Assembly: GCA_964610735.1 (NCBI GenBank)
Contig: CAZSYH010000001.1
Coordinates: 24,642 to 88,641 of the forward strand
Direction: 5' to 3'
From: an uncultured Syntrophaceae bacterium
Lineage (GTDB): Bacteria > Desulfobacterota > Syntrophia > Syntrophales > UBA2210
Length of the DNA stretch: 64,000 nucleotides
In this document: positions 18,800 through 28,016 of the stretch, piece after piece
Layout of the letters: each line of letters begins with the position of its first letter
How positions within the stretch are numbered: the first letter of the stretch is position 1
Program-made: the position numbers and the translations under genes
Notes under the pieces: generated by a model
Database searches by the model: none
What the model was told of the DNA's origin: nothing
Seen by the model: the letters and a program-made list of their open reading frames with translations, nothing else

Positions 18800-19084
18800 T
18801 TATACCTCAACCCATTTCCGAAGCGCATTTATAATTTTCAGGGCCTGATCTATGCTCGAAATATTGAATTTGCTCTGCTGGCGGTATTCATCATTCAATT
18901 TGCGGTACCGACGGATAGTAAAACGTTCCGGTCCGTACTCACCCTTCGTCCGGTTCCAATCCTGATATCTGAATATAATTGTCGACCACGCGCCTTTTGA
19001 CAGGATCACCTTGTCCAGCTCTTTGACTATAATAATGCCGTCTTCCTCATAATTTATCGTAATCGCATTAACATCTGAAGCCAT
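18800..19084 (-). CDS. hypothetical 94-aa soluble protein
   Basis: The ATG lies 3 nt after the stop of the upstream hydrolase gene. I recognise no motif. Codon usage is consistent with its neighbours. Confidence 0.5.
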   Translation of the reverse strand: MASDVNAITINYEEDGIIIVKELDKVILSKGAWSTIIFRYQDWNRTKGEYGPERFTIRRYRKLNDEYRQQSKFNISSIDQALKIINALRKWVEV

Positions 19085-19087
19085 ATA

Positions 19088-19951
19088 TCACCTTTCCACA
19101 CCTTTCAAACCGGTCATACTATCAACGATTAATTTCCCCATCTTCTCACTGTGTGTTTCTCTGTTGCTGGACATCATCTCCATATCCGCATCCGGCATAA
19201 GGGAAACCATCCTGTTCATAACATCCAGCCCATGCAGGGCATCGCTCTGGGCGCCAACTATAAGCACCGGAGACCTGACGTCCGGAAGTTTATTCCACAG
19301 GCTGTAGTCCTTTATCGCGAACGCGTTCGCCTTGAGCCTCCTCGGCTCGGCGGCATCCAGTGTGCCTTCGTACTTCTTTACCTGTTCCGGCTCTTTGTGT
19401 TTATCCAGCCTGATATTGCGCAGATACCACTTCAGGGGGGGCTTGATCGCGGTATACAGCGACGGCGGCAACGGCCTGAGCAACAGGGGAAGCCAGAAGG
19501 GATAGACGAGTTCGCATATGGGAGCTATTATGAAAGACTGTTCCGACTGCCTCAATCCCATGCTCAGGTAATCCAGTATAACAGTTGACCCCAGTGAGCT
19601 GCCTGCAAAACAAAATCTCTTTCCCGGCACGACCTTACACTCAAGGATCTCTCCGATATCCAAACTCATGCGGGGCATGGAAAAATCTACATGCGCCCGC
19701 TCCGGAAGCCTGGCGCTGAACTTCTCCCTGGTTTCCACATACAATGTCCTGTAACAGGGAGTGAGCTTTTTCAACACATTCTTCCAGCCGTCTATGAGCG
19801 AGATCCAACCGGCGATAAAGACAACCACCGGCCTTTCAGGTGTGTCACACGGGGGTATAAAATCAATCGTCCTGAGCGCAACACCGTCGGAAACCACAAC
19901 ATAGTCTTCCTCCACCCTGACATCAGGGTCGGTACACTGCATATAGGTCAT
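19088..19951 (-). CDS. alpha/beta fold hydrolase
   Basis: 287 aa. It has an oxyanion-region motif VVFIAGW, the nucleophile elbow AGSSLGS, a late Asp (AQSDALH) and a His (RETHSE). Confidence 0.75.
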   Translation of the reverse strand: MTYMQCTDPDVRVEEDYVVVSDGVALRTIDFIPPCDTPERPVVVFIAGWISLIDGWKNVLKKLTPCYRTLYVETREKFSARLPERAHVDFSMPRMSLDIGEILECKVVPGKRFCFAGSSLGSTVILDYLSMGLRQSEQSFIIAPICELVYPFWLPLLLRPLPPSLYTAIKPPLKWYLRNIRLDKHKEPEQVKKYEGTLDAAEPRRLKANAFAIKDYSLWNKLPDVRSPVLIVGAQSDALHGLDVMNRMVSLMPDADMEMMSSNRETHSEKMGKLIVDSMTGLKGVER

Positions 19952-20200
19952 GCCTTCACCCTTTTTTTGATCACAACCTGCATTGCTTTCCTCACAGCAC
20001 CCGGCGCGCCCATAGCAATTCCAGGAGCTGCCTGTCCGCAGTAGTTTGTCTACCCTAATCTCGCCTGTGATTCAATACATAATTTTCTACATTGGCAGGA
20101 TACCGCCATTACTTCCGCTTGATATTATTCAATAAATAGGATACCTTGTGCCGGTGATAAAATAATAATTACTTCAGATGGTTGAGAGGAACTCAAGGGT

Positions 20201-21250
20201 TTGACAAAAAGCGTGCTTGTAGGCATAAGCGGCGGCGTTGACAGCGCCGTGGCCGCGGCAATTCTGAAAGAACGGGGATACCACGTCGAAGGGCTGTACA
20301 TACAAAACGGGTTTCCCGGAGGCAATGAGGCGGACGCGGCAGCCGTTGCGGAAAGGCTGGGCTTTCCGCTCCACAGACTGGATATCACATCGTCATTCAG
20401 GGAAAATGTCGTGGATTATTTCGCCGGGGAGTATCTGGCGGGCAGAACTCCGAATCCATGCATTGTGTGCAATAAGAAGATAAAATTCAGATATCTCCTG
20501 GAAGAGGCGCAGAAAAGGGAGCTCGGCCACATCGCGACCGGCCATTACACACGCATTGAAGGCACGGAAAGAGAAGACTGCTTCCGCATCCTCAAGGGTA
20601 TCGACAAAGGCAAGGACCAGTCCTATTTCCTCTTCCAGCTTGGCCAGGAAGAGCTTAAACATCTGATATTTCCCAATGGCGACAGGACAAAGGAAGAGGT
20701 AAGAAAGATGGCGTCCGGCCTCGGCCTGCCTCCAAGGAAGGAAAGCCAGGAGATCTGTTTTATACCGGACGATAATTACAGAAACTTCCTTGAAAATTAT
20801 CCCGCCGCCCTTCCCCGGCCCGGCAATATAGTGGATGAAAAAGGGAATATCGTGGGAAGACACCAAGGAACACATTCGGTGACCATAGGACAAAGAAAGG
20901 GATTAAATATCGCCTCCGAGCGTCCCTACTATGTGCTGGAAATAGACACCAAAAGGAATGAAGTAATTGTGGGAAGAGAGGAAGACCAACTGGCGCACGG
21001 TCTCATCGCCACGAACTGTTCCTGGATATCTCCAGATCCTGTCGGCCCGGATGTACTGCACGCAAAGACACATATAAGATCCCGCCACAGGGGCGTGGAT
21101 TCAGAGGTCACATTCCTGCCGGACAAACGGGTGCATGTCAGATTCGAGACACCGCAAAAAGCAGTGGCTCCGGGGCAGGCGGCGGTCTTTTTTCAGGGGG
21201 ACTATCTTCTGGGCGGAGGATGGATTGAGAGGAGACTGCGCGATGCTTAA
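20201..21250 (+). CDS. mnmA: tRNA 2-thiouridine(34) synthase MnmA
   Basis: PP-loop VGISGGVDSAVAA, NPCIVCNKKIKF, and ATGHY. TTG start. Confidence 0.9.
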   Translation: MTKSVLVGISGGVDSAVAAAILKERGYHVEGLYIQNGFPGGNEADAAAVAERLGFPLHRLDITSSFRENVVDYFAGEYLAGRTPNPCIVCNKKIKFRYLLEEAQKRELGHIATGHYTRIEGTEREDCFRILKGIDKGKDQSYFLFQLGQEELKHLIFPNGDRTKEEVRKMASGLGLPPRKESQEICFIPDDNYRNFLENYPAALPRPGNIVDEKGNIVGRHQGTHSVTIGQRKGLNIASERPYYVLEIDTKRNEVIVGREEDQLAHGLIATNCSWISPDPVGPDVLHAKTHIRSRHRGVDSEVTFLPDKRVHVRFETPQKAVAPGQAAVFFQGDYLLGGGWIERRLRDA

Positions 21251-22568
21251 GGTTGCAGTGGCCACACTCGGTTGCAAGGTGAATCATTATGAATCGGCGG
21301 GCATTATCGAAAAACTGGAGGCGGAAGAAATCTCTGTCGTTCCCTTCACTTCCCCGGCTGACGTATATATAGTGAACACCTGCACAGTCACGGCGAAGAC
21401 AGATTTCCAGTCAAGACAGCTTGTACGCAGGGCGCACAGGACAAATCCCTCCGCACGGATTATCGTAACCGGATGTTACGCGCAGACTGCACCACAGAAA
21501 CTCGCGGCACTGCCCGGTGTCAGTATGATCGCGGGAACGGAGATGAAGGAGAAGCTTCCCTGGATTATACAGAACATTACAGATGAAAAACAACAGATTG
21601 ATGTCAGCGATATCGGTCTGAAAAGGATATTCTCAGATCTGCCTGTAACGAGGTTTCCCGAGCAGACCCGGGCATATTTGAAGATACAGGATGGGTGCAA
21701 CGCGTTCTGCAGTTACTGCATCATACCTTACGCGAGGGGGCGAAGCAGAAGCCTTCCGCAGGAAGATGTAATCAGGCAGATACAGGGCTTGACCGAAGCC
21801 GGCTACAGGGAAATTATCCTCACCGGCATCCACCTTGGTGAATATGGCCACGATCTCCCCTCCCCTGCCACTCTTCTCAATCTACTAAGGGAAATAGAAC
21901 ATCATACAGGACTTGAGAGGTTGCGCATAAGTTCTATTAATCCAACGGAAATATCGGATGATATGATCGATCACATAAAAAACTCAAAGATAATATGCCG
22001 GCACCTTCACATATCGCTTCAGAGCGGCGACGACACTATCCTGAAGCTAATGCGGAGACATTACGATGCAGACCTGTTCAGCGTCCTTGTGGAAAAACTG
22101 CAGGCAGCGATCCCGGAAATCGCCATAGGTACAGATGTTATAACCGGATTCCCGGGTGAAGGGGAAAAAGAGTTTCAGAATACTGTCAATTTTATTGAGA
22201 GCCTGAAACTTGCTTATCTTCACGTTTTCCCCTATTCTCAGCGCCCCGGAACGGCTGCCTTTTCTTTTCCCGATCAGGTCATGAAATCAGTCAGAAAAGA
22301 ACGCGCCGCTATATTGCGAGACACAGGCAACCGGAAGAGGATAGGATTTAACAGCGGGTTCACAGGAAAGAAGCTCTCTGTTATGGTGGAGGGAAGCAGA
22401 GACAAAGAAACGGGTTACATAAAGGGGTTTTCAGACAATTATGTGCCGGTAATTATCCCCGGAGGCGACATGTCTCTTGCAAATCACATTGTGCAGGTCA
22501 CCGGTGACCATATGATCAAGGAAAAGGTTATTGGAAGGATAGAAGCGGATGGACGAAGAACGGATTGA
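21243..22568 (+). CDS. mtaB: radical SAM methylthiotransferase, MtaB-like (MiaB/RimO family)
   Basis: N-terminal UPF0004 domain TLGCKVNHYES...NTCTVT. Radical SAM motif GCNAFCSYCIIPYARG. C-terminal TRAM-like domain. The ATG at 21243 overlaps the mnmA stop by 8 nt; the ORF opens at 21135. Confidence 0.85.
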   Translation: MLKVAVATLGCKVNHYESAGIIEKLEAEEISVVPFTSPADVYIVNTCTVTAKTDFQSRQLVRRAHRTNPSARIIVTGCYAQTAPQKLAALPGVSMIAGTEMKEKLPWIIQNITDEKQQIDVSDIGLKRIFSDLPVTRFPEQTRAYLKIQDGCNAFCSYCIIPYARGRSRSLPQEDVIRQIQGLTEAGYREIILTGIHLGEYGHDLPSPATLLNLLREIEHHTGLERLRISSINPTEISDDMIDHIKNSKIICRHLHISLQSGDDTILKLMRRHYDADLFSVLVEKLQAAIPEIAIGTDVITGFPGEGEKEFQNTVNFIESLKLAYLHVFPYSQRPGTAAFSFPDQVMKSVRKERAAILRDTGNRKRIGFNSGFTGKKLSVMVEGSRDKETGYIKGFSDNYVPVIIPGGDMSLANHIVQVTGDHMIKEKVIGRIEADGRRTD

Positions 22569-23256
22569 GAATCTTGAAAGCATGTCGGAGGTGTTGAGCT
22601 ATAAATTCCGCGATATCTCACTGCTTGACATGGCTCTTACCCATAGTTCTTATGGCAACGAGAATTCTGGTCCTGCGCGGAGAGACAACGAGAGACTGGA
22701 ATTTCTGGGAGATGCGGTTCTGCAACTATGCATGAGCGATATACTGATAAACAAATTTCCCGACTATGCCGAAGGACAGCTCTCGAAGGTAAGGGCTGCC
22801 ATGGTCAACGAGCAACCGCTGGCCGGACTGGCGCGGGAGCACAGGATAGGCGACTTCATGCTTCTCGGCCGGGGGGAGGAAAATTCCGGAGGAAGGGACA
22901 AGGATTCCATCCTCGGAGATGCCGTCGAAGCAATTATAGGCGCCATTTATCTTGACGGGGGATACGAAAGCGCGCTCCGGTTTATAAGAGTAACATTCGA
23001 AGCTCTTGTCGATGAATGGATAGAAAGCCCGATGTACCTGGACTATAAATCACTCCTCCAGGAGACCAGCCAGGGCAGGTTCAGATTAGCGCCCCAATAT
23101 CGAATTACAGGCGAGTCCGGCCCGGATCACGACAAGACCTTTGAGATAGAGGCATCCATCGGAGATATCGTTTCAACAATCGGGACCGGAAAAAACAGGA
23201 AGGAGGCCGAACAGGACGCGGCCGGAAAAGCGCTGCGGAAACTGGAAGAAATATGA
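22549..23256 (+). CDS. rnc: ribonuclease III
   Basis: Signature NERLEFLGDAVL, a second catalytic region (DA.EA.IGAIYLDGG) and a C-terminal dsRBD (GPDHDKTF...GTGKNRKEAEQDAAGKAL). Confidence 0.9.
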   Translation: MDEERIENLESMSEVLSYKFRDISLLDMALTHSSYGNENSGPARRDNERLEFLGDAVLQLCMSDILINKFPDYAEGQLSKVRAAMVNEQPLAGLAREHRIGDFMLLGRGEENSGGRDKDSILGDAVEAIIGAIYLDGGYESALRFIRVTFEALVDEWIESPMYLDYKSLLQETSQGRFRLAPQYRITGESGPDHDKTFEIEASIGDIVSTIGTGKNRKEAEQDAAGKALRKLEEI

Positions 23257-24260
23257 AACCACTGATAATCCCTATATTTGTGATATACAGCGGATGTCCC
23301 AACCGTTGCGTGTTCTGCAACGAGAGGATAGCCGCCGGGAACTATCCTGACAGGCTTACAGAGGATACCATCCGGAATATCTGCGACCGGCATCTGAAAA
23401 ACAGCGGAAGAAAATTCGATCAGATTGCCTTTTATGGTGGAAATTTTACCGGGATAGACCGGGGCCATCAGATTGAGCTGCTGGATATCGCGCAATCCTA
23501 TGTAAACGCGGGCATGATAAAATCCATAAGGATATCGACAAGACCCGATTATATAGATGATGACAGGCTTAAGCTTCTGACACGATACAATGTCTCCACT
23601 GTGGAGATAGGCGCTCAATCGATGGTTGACGAGGTGCTGTCTCTTTCAGGAAGGGGACATTCGTCGGAAGATGTAAGAGCTGCGGTAAGACTTTTAAAGA
23701 AAAAGGGCATAGAAACCGGTGTACATTTGATGGTCGGTCTCCCCGGCGATACCCGGGAGCGGTTTGAATATACAGTAGAAGAGATCATCAGGATCCGGCC
23801 TGATACCGTGAGAATTCACCCGACTATTGTATTTAAAGATACTCTCTTGGCAAAGTCATATTTTGAGGGTAAGTATCAGCCGCCGACACTGGACGACGCC
23901 GTTGAACTCTGTAAACACGCCCTGTTGAGGTTTCAACAAGCCGACATACCGGTTATAAGACTGGGGCTTCACACAACGAAGGAAATGGAAACAGACGACA
24001 ATATCATTGCCGGCCCGTTTCACCCGGCATTCCGGTCACTCGTGGAGGGAGCCATATTCCTGGACATGGCATCGAACCTTTTGAAATCAGAAGATCTGCA
24101 AGATACGAATGTTGTGTTCTCAGTGGCTCCCCAGGATGTGTCGAACCTGAGAGGCATGAAAAACCGGAATATAAAGATACTGAAAGAATCATTCAACCTG
24201 ACAGAAATAAAGGTCAGAGAAAACGCGAAGCAGGAAAGATGGTCGTTAAGGATTATTTGA
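23253..24260 (+). CDS. radical SAM protein, Elp3-like core without an acetyltransferase domain
   Basis: Motif SGCPNRCVFCN (CX3CX2C), then FYGGNFTG and VEIGAQS. Its ATG overlaps the rnc stop (ATGA), and era follows 28 nt later. Confidence 0.8.
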   Translation: MKPLIIPIFVIYSGCPNRCVFCNERIAAGNYPDRLTEDTIRNICDRHLKNSGRKFDQIAFYGGNFTGIDRGHQIELLDIAQSYVNAGMIKSIRISTRPDYIDDDRLKLLTRYNVSTVEIGAQSMVDEVLSLSGRGHSSEDVRAAVRLLKKKGIETGVHLMVGLPGDTRERFEYTVEEIIRIRPDTVRIHPTIVFKDTLLAKSYFEGKYQPPTLDDAVELCKHALLRFQQADIPVIRLGLHTTKEMETDDNIIAGPFHPAFRSLVEGAIFLDMASNLLKSEDLQDTNVVFSVAPQDVSNLRGMKNRNIKILKESFNLTEIKVRENAKQERWSLRII

Positions 24261-24288
24261 CCCCGTTCTGCTGATTGAGGAGTCCACT

Positions 24289-25179
24289 TTGTTTAAATCA
24301 GGTTTTATAGGAATCATAGGAAAGCCAAACGCGGGAAAGTCCACTCTCATGAATTTCATGGTGGGTGAAAGGGTAGCTATAACCACGCATAAGCCCCAGA
24401 CAACCAGAAACAGAATCATGGGGATCAGGAATACCGAGGCGGGCCAGTTTGTCTTTCTGGACACCCCGGGGATACACAACGCGAAAACACCGCTCAACCG
24501 CCAGATGGTATCGGCCGCGATGAGCGTCTTTAGTGATGTGAATATGCTGCTCCTGCTTGTCGATGCCGGGACGCCGATCGGTGAAGACGATAATTTTATC
24601 ATAGAATTACTCAAAAAGACGAAGATACCCGTCGTGTTGGTGATTAACAAGATTGACCTTGTCGACAAGGAAAAGCTGTTGCCGTTGATTGACAATATCA
24701 AAAATATTCACACATTTGAAGAGATTGTGCCCATCTGCGCGCTGAAGGGATTCAATGTTGACAGGCTCCTGGATATAACATGGAATATCCTGCCGGAGGG
24801 ACCGCAGTATTTCCCCGATGATATGATAACGGATCGTTCCGAAAGATTTTTAGCGGCTGAGATAATCAGAGAAAAAATAACCATATTGATGCGCAATGAA
24901 GTGCCCTACTCAACCGCCGTCATAGTTGAGTCTTTCAAGGAGAATGAGGTAAAGGGTCTGATACATATACAGGCAGTTATAAATGTGGAGAAAGACTCTC
25001 AGAAAGGCATTATCATCGGCAAGAGGGGCGGCATGCTTAAAAAGATAGGAACCGCCGCGCGGCTGGAAATGGAAAGGTTTTTCAGTACCAGAATATACTT
25101 GGAGCTGTTTGTCCGGGTGCAGAAGGACTGGGCACAGGATCCGAGAATGCTTGGAGAATTCGGATATCCGAATGAATAG
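24289..25179 (+). CDS. era: GTPase Era
   Basis: G1 GKPNAGKST, G3 DTPG, G4 NKID, and a C-terminal KH domain (VEKDSQKGIIIGKRG). The TTG start is preceded by a GAGGAG SD. Confidence 0.95.
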   Translation: MFKSGFIGIIGKPNAGKSTLMNFMVGERVAITTHKPQTTRNRIMGIRNTEAGQFVFLDTPGIHNAKTPLNRQMVSAAMSVFSDVNMLLLLVDAGTPIGEDDNFIIELLKKTKIPVVLVINKIDLVDKEKLLPLIDNIKNIHTFEEIVPICALKGFNVDRLLDITWNILPEGPQYFPDDMITDRSERFLAAEIIREKITILMRNEVPYSTAVIVESFKENEVKGLIHIQAVINVEKDSQKGIIIGKRGGMLKKIGTAARLEMERFFSTRIYLELFVRVQKDWAQDPRMLGEFGYPNE

Positions 25180-25192
25180 GGGATAAACATAA

Positions 25193-26512
25193 ATGAAACC
25201 AATAGTAGCAATCGTAGGAAGGCCCAATGTCGGAAAATCAACACTGTTCAACCGGCTGTCTGAAACCAGAAAGGTTATTGTCATAGACCAGCCTGGGGCC
25301 ACAAGAGACAGGAACTACACGGATTCCAACTGGAATGGCAAGACATTTATGATAATCGATACCGGGGGGTTTGAACCCGTGACCAGTGAAAGAATGTTTG
25401 TGCAGATGCGTGAGCAGACAAACCTGGCCATCGAGGAAGCTGATGCCATTATCTTTCTTATGGATGGACGGGAGGGTCTTACCCCTTCGGACATCGAGAT
25501 TACGGACCTGCTCAGGAAAACAAAAAAACCCGTCTTCTACGTTGCAAACAAAATAGATAATCTCAGGCAGGAGGAACTGACAATAGATTTTTACAGGCTG
25601 GGTGTGGATCGGATCTATCCCATATCTTCCCAGCATGGGCTTGGGGTGGGCGATCTGCTGGATGACGTCGTAGAACATCTTCCGGAAATCCCTGTTGAAG
25701 AAGACGAAGAGGAAAGAATAAGAATAGCCGTAATCGGAAAACCAAATGTCGGAAAATCCTCACTGATAAACAAGATTCTCGGCTATGAGCGTACGATAGT
25801 CAATCCCATACCTGGAACCACGAGGGATTCGGTGGACACCGCCTTTGATCTGAATGACAGGAAATATCTCCTGATAGACACCGCCGGGATAAGGAAAAAA
25901 AGCAAGGTCAGTCTGAAGCTGGAGAGGTACAGTGTTATAGAAGCGATAAAGACGCTTGACCGGTGTGACATAGCTCTTATTATGATAGACGCGCAGGAGG
26001 GTGTCACTGAGCAGGATACAAAAATAGCTGGTCTGGCCTATGAGAAAGGCACGGCCTGTATTATAATTCTGAATAAATGGGACCTTATTGAAAAAGACAA
26101 TTCCACGATCGGTGTACATGTAAACCATGTAAAAGATAGCCTTAAATACCTGGATTTTGCACCCATAATCACCGTGTCGGCGCTCTCCGGACAGAGACTT
26201 ACAAAGATACTCGACCTTGTTGACCATGTTTATGATCAGTATACAAAAAGAGTTTCCACCTCTCTCTTAAACACAAAGCTTGCGGAATTTACCGAAAGGC
26301 TTTCTCCCCCACGCTACAGAAACAGGCCCAATAAAATAAACTACGCAACCCAGATATCTGTAAAACCGCCCACATTTGTGTTTTTTGTTCGCGAAGCAAA
26401 GGCTGTATATTTTTCCTATGAACGCTTTCTGGCCAACAGGATACATGAAGAACTGGGTTTTGAAAATACACCTGTCAGGCTGATCTTCAGAAAGAAGGGG
26501 TCGGAACGCTGA
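25193..26512 (+). CDS. der: ribosome-biogenesis GTPase Der (EngA), tandem GTPase domains
   Basis: Two G-domains (GRPNVGKST...DTGG...NKID and GKPNVGKSS...DTAG...NKWD) plus a C-terminal KH-like domain. Confidence 0.95.
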   Translation: MKPIVAIVGRPNVGKSTLFNRLSETRKVIVIDQPGATRDRNYTDSNWNGKTFMIIDTGGFEPVTSERMFVQMREQTNLAIEEADAIIFLMDGREGLTPSDIEITDLLRKTKKPVFYVANKIDNLRQEELTIDFYRLGVDRIYPISSQHGLGVGDLLDDVVEHLPEIPVEEDEEERIRIAVIGKPNVGKSSLINKILGYERTIVNPIPGTTRDSVDTAFDLNDRKYLLIDTAGIRKKSKVSLKLERYSVIEAIKTLDRCDIALIMIDAQEGVTEQDTKIAGLAYEKGTACIIILNKWDLIEKDNSTIGVHVNHVKDSLKYLDFAPIITVSALSGQRLTKILDLVDHVYDQYTKRVSTSLLNTKLAEFTERLSPPRYRNRPNKINYATQISVKPPTFVFFVREAKAVYFSYERFLANRIHEELGFENTPVRLIFRKKGSER

Positions 26513-26524
26513 AAGGAGAAAAGA

Positions 26525-27235
26525 CTAAAGGCCGAGATATGCCTTCTTTACTTCTTCATTGGCAAGAAGATTCTTTGAGGAATCTGTGAGTGTTATGCGA
26601 CCGTTTTCCATGACGTAACCCCTGGCGGCTACCTTGAGAGCGAGGTTCGCGTTCTGCTCCACAAGAAAGATGGTCGTATTATTCTCCGCGTTTATCTTGC
26701 CTATTATCTCAAATATCTTTTTAATAATAAGGGGGGCAAGCCCCAGCGAAGGCTCATCAAGGAGGAGGAGCCTGGGTTTGGCCATAAGTGCCCTTGATAT
26801 GGCCAGCATCTGTTGTTCTCCTCCGCTCAATGTACCCCCGGGCTGATGACGCCTCTCCGCGAGGATGGGAAAAAGATCAAACACATATTCCATATCCCTC
26901 TTTATTTCCATCTTGTCATTTCTCAAGAAGGCACCCATATCAAGATTCTCAGCAACCGACAGATAGGGAAAGATACGGCGGCCTTCGGGCACCTGACAGA
27001 TGCCTAATGAGACGATCTTGTCTGGTTCCATGCCGGTTATCGGGTCGCCCATAAAAGATATCTCACCCGATCTCGGCGGGACCACACCACAGACAGCCAT
27101 GAGCGTCGTGGTTTTCCCAGCTCCGTTCGCGCCTATGAGGGTGACGATCTCCCCTTCAGCGATCTCTATGGTAACACTTTTCAACGCCTGGATATTACCA
27201 TAGAAAGTCTGTACGTTCTTAAGCTTAAGCATCAA
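26525..27235 (-). CDS. livF: branched-chain amino acid ABC transporter ATP-binding protein LivF
   Basis: Walker A GANGAGKTT, signature LSGGEQQML, Walker B LLLDEPS. Last gene of the liv operon. Confidence 0.9.
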   Translation of the reverse strand: MMLKLKNVQTFYGNIQALKSVTIEIAEGEIVTLIGANGAGKTTTLMAVCGVVPPRSGEISFMGDPITGMEPDKIVSLGICQVPEGRRIFPYLSVAENLDMGAFLRNDKMEIKRDMEYVFDLFPILAERRHQPGGTLSGGEQQMLAISRALMAKPRLLLLDEPSLGLAPLIIKKIFEIIGKINAENNTTIFLVEQNANLALKVAARGYVMENGRITLTDSSKNLLANEEVKKAYLGL

Positions 27236-28016
27236 CCTCTTCTCCGAGATAGGCCTTTATTACGACAGGATTATTCCTTATCTCTTCCGGAGTGCCCTGC
27301 GCAATCTTTTTCCCATAATCAACGACAAATATTCTGTCAGACAGGCTCATAACGAGTTTCATATCATGCTCTATCAAGAGTATGGAAATCCCCTCTTTAT
27401 CGCGAATCTGCTTTATCAGTTCATCAAGTTCCTGTGTTTCGTTAGGATTCATGCCGGCAGCGGGTTCATCCAGGAGGAGCAGAAAGGGCTCTGTGGCCAT
27501 TGCCCTAGCTATTTCAAGACGTCTCTGTGCTCCATATGGAAGGTTCTTGGCAAACTCGTCCACAAACTGGGCGAGTCCTATCTTTTCCAGGATGGCATAG
27601 CTGTCCTCCACCGCCTTTTTCTCTTCCATTACAGTTGATCTACCCTTCAGTACTGCACCCAACACGCCCGCGTGCATGCGGCAGTGACGTCCGATCATTA
27701 CATTCTCAAGGACTGTCATGCTGGGGAATAAACGGATATTTTGAAAGGTTCGGGCCAGGCCTTTTTCGGTAACCCTGTTCGGTTTTAAGCCATTTATTCT
27801 CTCGGGCATGTCCCGGTCCCGAGCGAATATGAACACATCACCATCTGTGGGGGGATATATTCCCGTTATACAATTAAAGAAGGTGGTCTTTCCGGCGCCG
27901 TTGGGCCCGATAAGAGCGACGATCTCATTTTTGCATACATCTAGGTCAAGATCATCAAGCGCCCTCAGGCCACCGAAATTCATACCCAGATTTTGGACTT
28001 TCAGTACATATTTCAT
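27225..28016 (-). CDS. livG: branched-chain amino acid ABC transporter ATP-binding protein LivG
   Basis: Walker A GPNGAGKTT, LPYGAQRRLEIARA, LLLDEPAAGMNP, and the LivG-type C-terminus. Confidence 0.9.
   Translation of the reverse strand: MKYVLKVQNLGMNFGGLRALDDLDLDVCKNEIVALIGPNGAGKTTFFNCITGIYPPTDGDVFIFARDRDMPERINGLKPNRVTEKGLARTFQNIRLFPSMTVLENVMIGRHCRMHAGVLGAVLKGRSTVMEEKKAVEDSYAILEKIGLAQFVDEFAKNLPYGAQRRLEIARAMATEPFLLLLDEPAAGMNPNETQELDELIKQIRDKEGISILLIEHDMKLVMSLSDRIFVVDYGKKIAQGTPEEIRNNPVVIKAYLGEEVDA

Noticed and set aside
26513-26524. Only 12 nt between the convergent der and livF stop codons, with no terminator
   Set aside because: It is real in the sequence but common in compact genomes, and too little sequence to carry an element. 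I noted it only as context.
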